Assembly (NCBI GenBank): GCA_049586475.1
Contig: JBAVCA010000033.1
Span: 1 to 52,194 of the forward strand
Direction: 5' to 3'
From: Nocardioides sp.
GTDB lineage: Bacteria; Actinomycetota; Actinomycetes; Propionibacteriales; Nocardioidaceae
DNA: 52,194 nt
The notes under the pieces are model-generated. The model made no database searches. It saw only the letters and a program-made list of their open reading frames with translations, and was not told the DNA's origin. Shown piece after piece: positions 44,964 to 52,194 of the stretch. The first letter of the stretch is position 1. Every line of letters starts with the position of its first letter. A program made the position numbers and the translations under genes.

Positions 44964-46028
44964 TCAGGAGCGGGAGATGATCAGCACCGCTCGATCGTCG
45001 TCACCCCTGGTCACCTGCGCGATGATCCGCTCGGCGGCACCGTCTACCCCGGCCTGGAAGGCTCGTTGCGCGACCCGTTGCAGCCACTCCACGCCGACGT
45101 CCAGGTCGTTGGAGAAGGACTCGACGACCCCGTCGGTGTAGAAGAGCAGCGCATCTCCGCTGCCGAGCACGCCGTGACTCGCGTTCAGCTCGGGCTGGAG
45201 CATGACGCCCAGAGCGAGACCCCGCGAGTTGTCCATCGACCAGACACCGTCGGCGGCGGTGCACCGGAGCGCCGGCGGGTGGCCCGCGCTGAGGATCGTG
45301 TACGCACCGCTGGTCAGGTCCACGCTGACGTGCACCGCTGTCGCAAAGCTGTCGTCGATCTTCTGCCGCAGCAGGAAGTGGTTGGCGGCCTCCAGCAGCT
45401 CTCGTTGGTTCACCGCTCCGATCAGGCCACCGAGTGCCCCCGCCAGCAGGAGAGCCGCGGGTGCTGCCGTCAAGCCCTTGCCTACCACGTCGACGAGGAC
45501 GAGTTCCAGGTGCTGCTCGTCCTCGTTCAGATCAGCGACCATGAAGTCGCCGGCGTACCCCACACCGTGGGCGGCGATCATCGCGCTCTGGGCGTGCCAG
45601 CCCGCCGGCAGGGCAGGAACCTGCCCCTGCGCGGTCAGACGGTCCCGCAGGTCGGAGAGCAGCGCCTCGCTCAGCGGAGTCGGCAGTCCACTGCGTTGCC
45701 GACTCGCGGCGTACAGCACCAGAGCGACCGAAAGGACGAGCAGCGCCGTGCCGACCAGACGCCCTCCGTCGTCCACGCCCTGGTCGATGCGCGTGACTAC
45801 TCCGGCCACGACGATCACGGAGGTGAGGACCACCAGCGGCTCGAAGCGCAGCAGCAGCATGCCGAGCAGCAACCACAGAAAATAGCCGGCCAGCGGAAAA
45901 AGCTCGTAGTGGGTCAACGACACCGCGGACGACGCCAGCACACCGAGCAGGAGCAGCCCGAGGGTCGACCGCTGGCTGCTACGGGTGCCTGATCGCCAGG
46001 CCCTGCTCAGCTCGCGCGCCCATGTCAC
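44964..46028 (-). CDS. Membrane-anchored PP2C/SpoIIE-family Ser/Thr phosphatase
   Basis: N-terminal TM helices; AGDF, DVVGKG, SAGHPP, YTDG, DDD motifs. Confidence 0.9.
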   Translation of the reverse strand: MTWARELSRAWRSGTRSSQRSTLGLLLLGVLASSAVSLTHYELFPLAGYFLWLLLGMLLLRFEPLVVLTSVIVVAGVVTRIDQGVDDGGRLVGTALLVLSVALVLYAASRQRSGLPTPLSEALLSDLRDRLTAQGQVPALPAGWHAQSAMIAAHGVGYAGDFMVADLNEDEQHLELVLVDVVGKGLTAAPAALLLAGALGGLIGAVNQRELLEAANHFLLRQKIDDSFATAVHVSVDLTSGAYTILSAGHPPALRCTAADGVWSMDNSRGLALGVMLQPELNASHGVLGSGDALLFYTDGVVESFSNDLDVGVEWLQRVAQRAFQAGVDGAAERIIAQVTRGDDDRAVLIISRS

Positions 46029-46087
46029 CCGCGCACCGTAGCGGCTCCGGCGCGCGGATGAGGCCGGATCCCTGGAAGACTCGCCCC

Positions 46088-47080
46088 ATGAGCTACCGCA
46101 TGGTCCCTGACCTCCTGGGCGAGCCCTGGGAATCGGAGACGATCGGGCTCCCGCCGGACGAGGAGGGGCCAGTGGTGACGACGCTGGTCCGGCACCGTGC
46201 CGCGCGTCCGACAGGTCGAGCCGTGCTGCACGTCCACGGCTTCGCCGACTACTTCTTCCACACCGAGTACGCCCAGTGGTGGCTCGAGCGTGGCTACGAC
46301 TTCTACGCCGTCGACCTGCGCAAGTACGGCAGATCGCTGTTGCCGCACCAGACACCCACCTACGTCGCAGACCTGAGCGAGTACTTCGCAGACCTGGATG
46401 TCGCGTGGTGGCGCATCGTGGAGCGCGACCAGCACGATCAGGTCGTCGTGTCTGCGCACTCCACCGGCGGGCTGACCGCGCCGCTGTGGGCCGACGCAAG
46501 GCAACCGAGCGAGCTCAGCGGGCTCGTGCTCAACTCGCCATGGTTCGACCTCCGGGGCGCGAGCTGGATGCGCTCCTCCCTCGCCGGCCTCGTCCTCGAC
46601 CGGGCCGGGCGCCGCCAACCGCTGCGCGAGATCCCCCGGGAGGTGAGCGGAGTCTACGGACGCAGCCTCCATGTCGATCATGGCGGTGAGTGGGACTACG
46701 ACCTCGCCTGGAAGCCCCTAGATTCCTACCCCGTGCGACTGGGCTGGCTCCGCGCCATTCGGCGCGGGCACGCCCAGCTCCACGCCGGCCTCTCGGTCCT
46801 CGCGCCCGTGCTGGTCCTCACCTCCGCCTCCACCAGACAGATCCTCGAGCTGGACGACGAGGCCCATGCACACGACATCGTGCTCGACGTTCCGCAGATC
46901 CGTCGCTGGGCCACCTCGGTGGGACCTCACGTGAGCTATGTCGCGATCGACGGGGCCCGCCACGACGTCGTGCTCTCGCGCCCGGAGCCGCGGGCCCGGG
47001 TCTACGACGAGCTGGGTCGTTGGTGCGGGGCCCACCTCGACAGACCCTCGGTACCGTCGCTCGCTCCTAGGCAACGCTAG
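46088..47080 (+). CDS. Alpha/beta hydrolase (lysophospholipase-like)
   Basis: HGFADYF, DLRKYGRS, AHSTGG nucleophile, DIVLD, ARHDV. Confidence 0.9.
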   Translation: MSYRMVPDLLGEPWESETIGLPPDEEGPVVTTLVRHRAARPTGRAVLHVHGFADYFFHTEYAQWWLERGYDFYAVDLRKYGRSLLPHQTPTYVADLSEYFADLDVAWWRIVERDQHDQVVVSAHSTGGLTAPLWADARQPSELSGLVLNSPWFDLRGASWMRSSLAGLVLDRAGRRQPLREIPREVSGVYGRSLHVDHGGEWDYDLAWKPLDSYPVRLGWLRAIRRGHAQLHAGLSVLAPVLVLTSASTRQILELDDEAHAHDIVLDVPQIRRWATSVGPHVSYVAIDGARHDVVLSRPEPRARVYDELGRWCGAHLDRPSVPSLAPRQR

Positions 47081-47089
47081 GGTCCCCAC

Positions 47090-47482
47090 ATGAACTCTGT
47101 GACCGGACTCTCGCTCGGCCGGATCGGCATCGGCTTCGTCTCGTTGATCAAGCCCGACCTGGTGAGCTCCACGATGGGCACCACCACGTCCAACTCGTTG
47201 CTCACCCAGTGGTTCGGCTCTCGCGAGGTGGCGCTCGGTGCCGCCACGTTGCTCGCCAGCGGCGGCCCTCGACGCACCCTGGTCCTGATCGGTCTGGCCG
47301 TCGACGCTGCTGATGCCGCTACCGCCTACCAGGCTGTCGAGCGAGAAGTGATGCCGCGCAATCTCGGGCTGGCGCTCGCGGGCGTGGCTGCCGGAGCGGT
47401 GGTCTCCGGGCTGCTGGGGCTCAGGGTCAAGCAGGGCGTCAAGCTCACCCGGGCCGAGAAGAAGGCGCTTGCGAGAGCCTGA
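47090..47482 (+). CDS. Small membrane protein (DUF4267-like)
   Basis: Hydrophobic helices, GRIGIG, FGSREVALG, DAAD. Confidence 0.65.
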   Translation: MNSVTGLSLGRIGIGFVSLIKPDLVSSTMGTTTSNSLLTQWFGSREVALGAATLLASGGPRRTLVLIGLAVDAADAATAYQAVEREVMPRNLGLALAGVAAGAVVSGLLGLRVKQGVKLTRAEKKALARA

Positions 47483-47535
47483 CCGGTCCAGACGAGTCAT
47501 TGCCGTGAGGTCTTGGTGTTGAGAGGCTGTCGGGC

Positions 47536-48105
47536 ATGAGTGAGACCCCACCGCCACCGCCACCGCCGCCACCGCCGCCGTCCGGCTCGTTCGGCGGTCC
47601 ACCGTCCCCGCCGTCAGGGCATCCGCAACCGGGATCGCTCCTGGATCGTTTCCTGGCTCGCCTCATCGACGGCATCGGTTTCGGCATCGCGTTCGCGATC
47701 CTGTCCGCGATCTTCGCCGGGATCTTCTACACCGGGTTCTCGAACACGCGCGCTGAGGTCTTCTTCGTGAACCTGTTCGTCCAGGTCATCTCGGTTGCGC
47801 TCTACCTCGGCTACTACGCCTACTTCGAGTCGACCAAGGGCGCCACCTTCGGCAAGCAGCTGATGAAGCTCAAGGTCGTCGGCCCCGACCAGCACAGCAA
47901 CCCGACGATGACCCAAGCACTGCTCCGTAGCAGCTTCCAAGCGTTGGGACTGATCGGCATCATCCCGTTCCTCGGGTTCCTCGGCCCCCTGGCGAGCCTC
48001 GCGGCGGTGATCTTCATCGCCGTGACGATCAGCAACGACACGGTCAACCGCCAGGGGTGGCACGACCACTTCGCCGGCGGCACCAGGGTGCTCAAGATCG
48101 GCTGA
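47536..48105 (+). CDS. RDD-family membrane protein with poly-Pro N-terminus
   Basis: RFLARLID, GATFGKQLMKLKV, RQGWHDHFAGGT. Confidence 0.88.
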   Translation: MSETPPPPPPPPPPPSGSFGGPPSPPSGHPQPGSLLDRFLARLIDGIGFGIAFAILSAIFAGIFYTGFSNTRAEVFFVNLFVQVISVALYLGYYAYFESTKGATFGKQLMKLKVVGPDQHSNPTMTQALLRSSFQALGLIGIIPFLGFLGPLASLAAVIFIAVTISNDTVNRQGWHDHFAGGTRVLKIG

Positions 48106-48114
48106 GCGGGCTCC

Positions 48115-48882
48115 TCAGCCCACGACGAACGCCGTCACGGCGACGACGCCCACCACCACGATCACGACGCGCAGCACCATCGGCGGGAGGCGTCGGCCCA
48201 CGCGCGCTCCGATGAGCCCGCCGAGAGTGGCGCCGGCTGCAATCAGCCCGACGATCGCCCAGTCGATGTCGGCGACCAGCAGGAAGACGATCGCGGCCAC
48301 GACGTTGACCGCGCTGGCCAAGACGTTCTTGACCGCGTTGTTGCGCTGGATCTCCTGCGGCACGCCGATCCCGAGCACTCCCATCAGCAGCACCCCCTGC
48401 GCCGCTCCGAAGTAGCCCCCGTACACGCCCGTGCCCAGGATCGTCGGCCAGACCCACCGGCTCTCGCTCGCGCCTCGTTCCGCCGGGCGGCGACCAGCAC
48501 GGGCTGCGACCCGGTCGGCGAGCCGCGGCTGGAAGATCACCAGCAGCACGCCGACCCCGATGAGCACGGGCACGACGGCCTCGAAGGCTGCTGAGGGAAG
48601 GGTCAGCAGCAGCACCGCTCCCGCGATGCCCCCCAGCACGGATGCCGACAGCAGCCGCAGCACGAGACCGCGCTGCCCGCCGAGCTCGCGTCGATACCCG
48701 TACGCCCCGGTCAGCGTGCCCGGCACCAAGCCGATGGTGTTGGAGACGTTGGCGGTCACGGGGGGAACACCGAAGGCGAGCAGGGTGGGAAAGGTGATCA
48801 GCGTGCCGGAGCCCACCACGGTATTGATCGTTCCGGCCCCGACGCCGGCGAGCAGGATCGCGACCGACTCCAGCAGCGTCAC
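48115..48882 (-). CDS. TauE/SafE (sulfite exporter) family membrane protein
   Basis: INTVVGSGTLITFP, YGGYFGAAQG, NAVKN. Confidence 0.9.
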   Translation of the reverse strand: MTLLESVAILLAGVGAGTINTVVGSGTLITFPTLLAFGVPPVTANVSNTIGLVPGTLTGAYGYRRELGGQRGLVLRLLSASVLGGIAGAVLLLTLPSAAFEAVVPVLIGVGVLLVIFQPRLADRVAARAGRRPAERGASESRWVWPTILGTGVYGGYFGAAQGVLLMGVLGIGVPQEIQRNNAVKNVLASAVNVVAAIVFLLVADIDWAIVGLIAAGATLGGLIGARVGRRLPPMVLRVVIVVVGVVAVTAFVVG

Positions 48883-48883
48883 G

Positions 48884-50050
48884 TCAGGAGGGTGACGAGC
48901 CCGGCGGATCCTCCGGCGGGACCTCGCCGGGAGACACCGAGGAGTCGAGGCCTTGCGCAGGGTCCGTGGGCGTGGACCGTGGTTTGTTGGGGTTCGCCGC
49001 GGCTGCGGCTTCCGCGATCGCCTGCTCCACGGCGGCGCTGGTGCGGCGACGTTCGGCGTCCGGTTCTCCTTCGCCTCGGAGCGCCGGGGTGTCGAGAGAG
49101 CCCATGTCGACCCGGTGGCGCACTCCCCCTGTCTTGTCGGGGATGCCTCTGAGGTCGTTCATGGTGGAACCCAGGCCCTCGAGCGCCTTGCCGATCTCGC
49201 TCGGCACGATCCAGAGCTTGTTGGAGGAACCCTCAGCGATCTTCGGCATCATCTGCAGGTACTGGTAGGAGAGCAGCGACTGGTCCGGGTTGCCGTCGTG
49301 GATCGCCTGGAAGACGGTGAGGATGGCTTGCCCCTCACCCTGGGCCCGCAGGATCGAGGCCTCCCGGTCGGCCTGGGCTCGCAGGATCAGCGACTCGCGG
49401 TCCCCCTCGGCGGTGAGGATCGAGGACTGCTTCTCGCCCTCGGCGGTGAGGATCGCTGCTTGTCGACCACCCTCCGCCGTGAGGATCTGCGCCCTTTTGT
49501 CGCGGTCGGCCCGCATTTGCTTCTCCATCGAGTCCTTGATCGAGGGCGGCGGGTCGATGCCCTTGAGCTCGACCCGGTTGACCCGGATGCCCCACTTGCC
49601 GGTCGCCTCGTCGAGGACGCCTCGCAATCGGGTGTTGATCTCGTCGCGGCTGGTGAGAGTGCCTTCGAGGTCCATGCCGCCGACGATGTTGCGCAGGGTG
49701 GTCATGGTGAGCTGCTCGACAGCCTGGATGTAGTTGGCGATCTCGTAGGTCGCCGCCACCGGGTCGGTGACCTGGAAGTAGATGACGGTGTCGATCGAGA
49801 CGACCAGGTTGTCCTGGGTGATGACCGGCTGCGGCGGGAAGCTCACGACCTGTTCGCGCAGGTCGATCTGGTAGCGGAGCTTGTCGATGAAGGGGACCAC
49901 GATGTTCAGGCCCGCCGTCAGCGTGACCCGGTACTTGCCGAATCTCTCGACGATGCCCGCCCGTGCCTGCGGAACGATCCGCACCGTCTTGCCGAGCAGC
50001 ACGATCACGAAGAGCAGCAGAATCCCCAGCAGGATCAGCGCGACGTCCAT
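48884..50050 (-). CDS. SPFH/band 7 (stomatin-like) protein
   Basis: VERFGKY, DLREQV, VITQDN, WGIRVNRVE, AEG repeats. Confidence 0.94.
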   Translation of the reverse strand: MDVALILLGILLLFVIVLLGKTVRIVPQARAGIVERFGKYRVTLTAGLNIVVPFIDKLRYQIDLREQVVSFPPQPVITQDNLVVSIDTVIYFQVTDPVAATYEIANYIQAVEQLTMTTLRNIVGGMDLEGTLTSRDEINTRLRGVLDEATGKWGIRVNRVELKGIDPPPSIKDSMEKQMRADRDKRAQILTAEGGRQAAILTAEGEKQSSILTAEGDRESLILRAQADREASILRAQGEGQAILTVFQAIHDGNPDQSLLSYQYLQMMPKIAEGSSNKLWIVPSEIGKALEGLGSTMNDLRGIPDKTGGVRHRVDMGSLDTPALRGEGEPDAERRRTSAAVEQAIAEAAAAANPNKPRSTPTDPAQGLDSSVSPGEVPPEDPPGSSPS

Positions 50051-50113
50051 GGTTCTCCTTTTGTTGCCGGTACCGGCTTCTGCCAGCGGGTCGTGGTCAG
50101 TGGTCGGAACGAA

Positions 50114-50575
50114 TCAGGAATCGAGCTGCGGGACAGGGTGGACGTACGCGGTGGCGCCGCGGATCTGGAGCACCTCCACGGTCTCGCCCTCGGCGATCGA
50201 CATGCTCTCGTCGTAGGGCGCTGCGGTCCACACCTCGCCGGCGAGCCTGATCCGGCCCACCTGGAGACCACTGATCTCCTGGGTCACGGTGCCGCGCTGG
50301 CCGAGAAGCTTCTCGTGGCCCTGCGTCAGGGTCGGCCCGTGGTGCAGTCGCTTGGCCATCGAGGGTCGCACCAGCGCGAGCATCCCGACTGAGACAGCCG
50401 CCGCTGCTACGACCTGCAGGGCGAGCGGCGCACCGACGAGAGCCAGCACCATTGCTGCGACGGCGCCCACCGCGAGCATGATCATGATCAGGTCGAGGCT
50501 GAACATCTCCGCGACGCCGAGCAGCGCTGCTGCGGCGAGCCAGGCGCTCCAGGCGTTCTCGCTGATCCAGTCCAT
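50114..50575 (-). CDS. NfeD-family membrane protein
   Basis: N-terminal TM helices, GRIRLAGEVWTA OB fold; co-oriented upstream of the SPFH gene. Confidence 0.9.
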   Translation of the reverse strand: MDWISENAWSAWLAAAALLGVAEMFSLDLIMIMLAVGAVAAMVLALVGAPLALQVVAAAAVSVGMLALVRPSMAKRLHHGPTLTQGHEKLLGQRGTVTQEISGLQVGRIRLAGEVWTAAPYDESMSIAEGETVEVLQIRGATAYVHPVPQLDS

Positions 50576-50615
50576 GTGGCGACTCTACCCACGCGGTCCG
50601 TGGGCCACACCAGCC

Positions 50616-51410
50616 TCACCTGTGTCGAACGTGGCGACGCGCTGCGTACCGACCGTCGGCGTGCGTCAGTCGCAGGGGCATGCCGAAGGCCGCCGAGAGC
50701 GACGGCTCGGTCAGCACCTCGTCGACCGGCCCCTGGGCCACCACGCGTCCCTGCCGCAGCAGCAACGCGTGCGTGAAGCCGGGCGGGATCTCCTCGACGT
50801 GGTGGGACACCAGGACCGTCGCCGGGGAGTGGGGGTCGTAGGCCAACGTGGACAGCGTGGACACGAGGTCCTCACGGCCGCCGAGGTCGAGGCCGGCGGC
50901 TGGCTCGTCGAGCAGCAGCAGCTCGGGGTCGGTCATCAGCGCCCGAGCCACCTGCACGCGCTTGCGCTCGCCCTCGCTCAGGGTCCCGAAGGTGCGATCG
51001 GCAAGGTGCTGCACCCCGACCTCGACCAGCAGGTCGTCGGCGCGCCGGTGGTCCAGGTCGTCGTACTCCTCGCGCCAGCGCCCGAGCACGCCGTACGACG
51101 CCGAGATCACCACGTCCCGGACCAGCTCGTGGCGCGGCAGGCGATCGGCCAGGGCGGCGCTCGTCAGCCCGATCCGAGGGCGCAGCTCGAAGACGTCGAC
51201 GGAGCCGAGGAGCTCTCCGAGCACGCCGGCCGAGCCGCCCGAGGGATGCAGCTGGGCGGCCGCTACCTGTAGCAGCGTGGTCTTTCCGGCACCGTTGGGG
51301 CCGAGGATCACCCAGCGCTCGCCCTCGCGCACCACCCAGGTGATCCGGTCCAGCAGGAGCGCGCCGCCGCGGCGCACCGTCACGTCCGAGAACTCCAGCA
51401 CCGCAGCCAT
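50616..51410 (-). CDS. ABC transporter ATP-binding protein (YlmA/ModF-like)
   Basis: GPNGAGKTT, LSEGERKR, LLLDEP, SHHVEE. Confidence 0.92.
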   Translation of the reverse strand: MAAVLEFSDVTVRRGGALLLDRITWVVREGERWVILGPNGAGKTTLLQVAAAQLHPSGGSAGVLGELLGSVDVFELRPRIGLTSAALADRLPRHELVRDVVISASYGVLGRWREEYDDLDHRRADDLLVEVGVQHLADRTFGTLSEGERKRVQVARALMTDPELLLLDEPAAGLDLGGREDLVSTLSTLAYDPHSPATVLVSHHVEEIPPGFTHALLLRQGRVVAQGPVDEVLTEPSLSAAFGMPLRLTHADGRYAARRHVRHR

Positions 51411-51516
51411 GGCGTCACCCTAGCGAGAGCCGAGCAGGCAGAGGACAGCAACTCGGCGACCACGCACGCCGCTCGCTTGCGTCGGGAGAACCACGGCGCG
51501 ACTATCGTCGGTCGAC

Positions 51517-52194
51517 GTGAGCAACGACGACCTCCTAGGGCTCAGCCGGCTGCCCGTGTCCGGCCGGCTGGCGTGGTGGGGCACCTCCTGGCTACGGGGA
51601 CAGGTCGGTCCCGACGACCTCCTGGACGCCGTGCTCGCCGACGACGTCACACACGTCGTGATCTCCTCGGAAGGCTCGCGCAGCTTGCTGAGCGAGCTCG
51701 CGCGCCTACGCCAGGTCGGGGCGACCGGCTTCGGCGCGGCCTTCCCGGCGGAGGGGGACCTGGTCGGCCTGGGCGGGCCGGTGGCCTTCAACGACGCCGC
51801 ACTCGAGGTAGGAGAAGCCGTGCTGGTGCTCGGTACGGAGTCCGGACTGGTGCCCTCCCGGGTCGGCCCCACGGTCGAGTGGACGCCGATTGCCGCACGT
51901 CGGCGTCAGCTCCCCGATGTCGGTGAGGCCGACCGTGAGCTGCGCGCTGTGCTCCTGGAATCTGCCGACCGCCTCGCCGCGCTCGACGTGGCGCGGTGGC
52001 GACCTGAGATCGCCGACCGACTGATGAACTTGAGACATCGTCCGCCTCTTGCTGCGGCTCCCGGTGTGCCGTCACGCTGCGTCGATCTGGCCGAGCGCGG
52101 CCTCCAGGCACTGGAGATCGCCGACCTCGCGCTGCAGGACGACGGGGCAGCTCTCTCGGTGCACGAGATCAACCAGCGACGCGGCTCCTTGGCC
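51517..52194 (+). CDS. Conserved actinobacterial hypothetical protein (3' end beyond the window; missing from the ORF track)
   Basis: Manual translation: VSNDDLLGLSRLPVSGRLAWWGTSWLRGQVGPDDLLDAV...FPAEGDLVGLGGP..FNDAALEVGEAV...; frame appears open to the window end with coding-like codon usage. Confidence 0.75.
   Translation, partial: MSNDDLLGLSRLPVSGRLAWWGTSWLRGQVGPDDLLDAVLADDVTHVVISSEGSRSLLSELARLRQVGATGFGAAFPAEGDLVGLGGPVAFNDAALEVGEAVLVLGTESGLVPSRVGPTVEWTPIAARRRQLPDVGEADRELRAVLLESADRLAALDVARWRPEIADRLMNLRHRPPLAAAPGVPSRCVDLAERGLQALEIADLALQDDGAALSVHEINQRRGSLA

Noticed and set aside
49380..49490. Repeated CCCTCGGCGGTGAGGATC motifs at 33-bp spacing resembling an array
   Set aside because: They encode the ILTAEG coiled-coil repeats of the SPFH protein; coding repeats, not CRISPR.
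48884..50575. NfeD-SPFH pair as a novel system
   Set aside because: Well-known, widespread operon.

Overview
High-GC actinobacterial chromosome segment (gene content and order resemble Nocardioidaceae; taxon is an inference). It is mostly conserved housekeeping neighbourhood upstream of the Pup-proteasome ATPase: arc (5' part), a class I glutamine amidotransferase, trmI, a site-2 protease, a RecB-family nuclease, a secreted protein plus two-component system, a dpp/opp ABC operon, a HAD phosphatase, metH, PAC2, mshC, the SCO1664/DUF3090/histidine-phosphatase cassette, corA, uppP, an aldo-keto reductase and an M20 peptidase. tRNA-Leu(GAG) is followed by accessory-looking genes (standalone SGNH protein, furA-katG, XRE-TPR regulator, SDR), then guaB1, galK, a histone H1-like protein, YiaAB, two acyl-CoA dehydrogenases, def, a TrmH methylase, cysG, YbhB, PP2C, a hydrolase, RDD, TauE, SPFH/NfeD and an ABC ATPase. 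I saw no transposase, integrase, prophage, CRISPR array or defence system. The most interesting items are modest: an ~87-aa insertion inside the Cys motif of the DppF-like ATPase, a secreted protein/TCS module with a 7-2-7 operator and a probable CUG start, a MacR-like operator upstream of yiaAB, a PhaF/HBHA-like histone H1-type protein, the uncharacterised kinase/phosphatase cassette next to mshC, and about 21 genes with leaderless promoter architecture. Many start codons were reassigned from the ORF track using SD or -10 signals.
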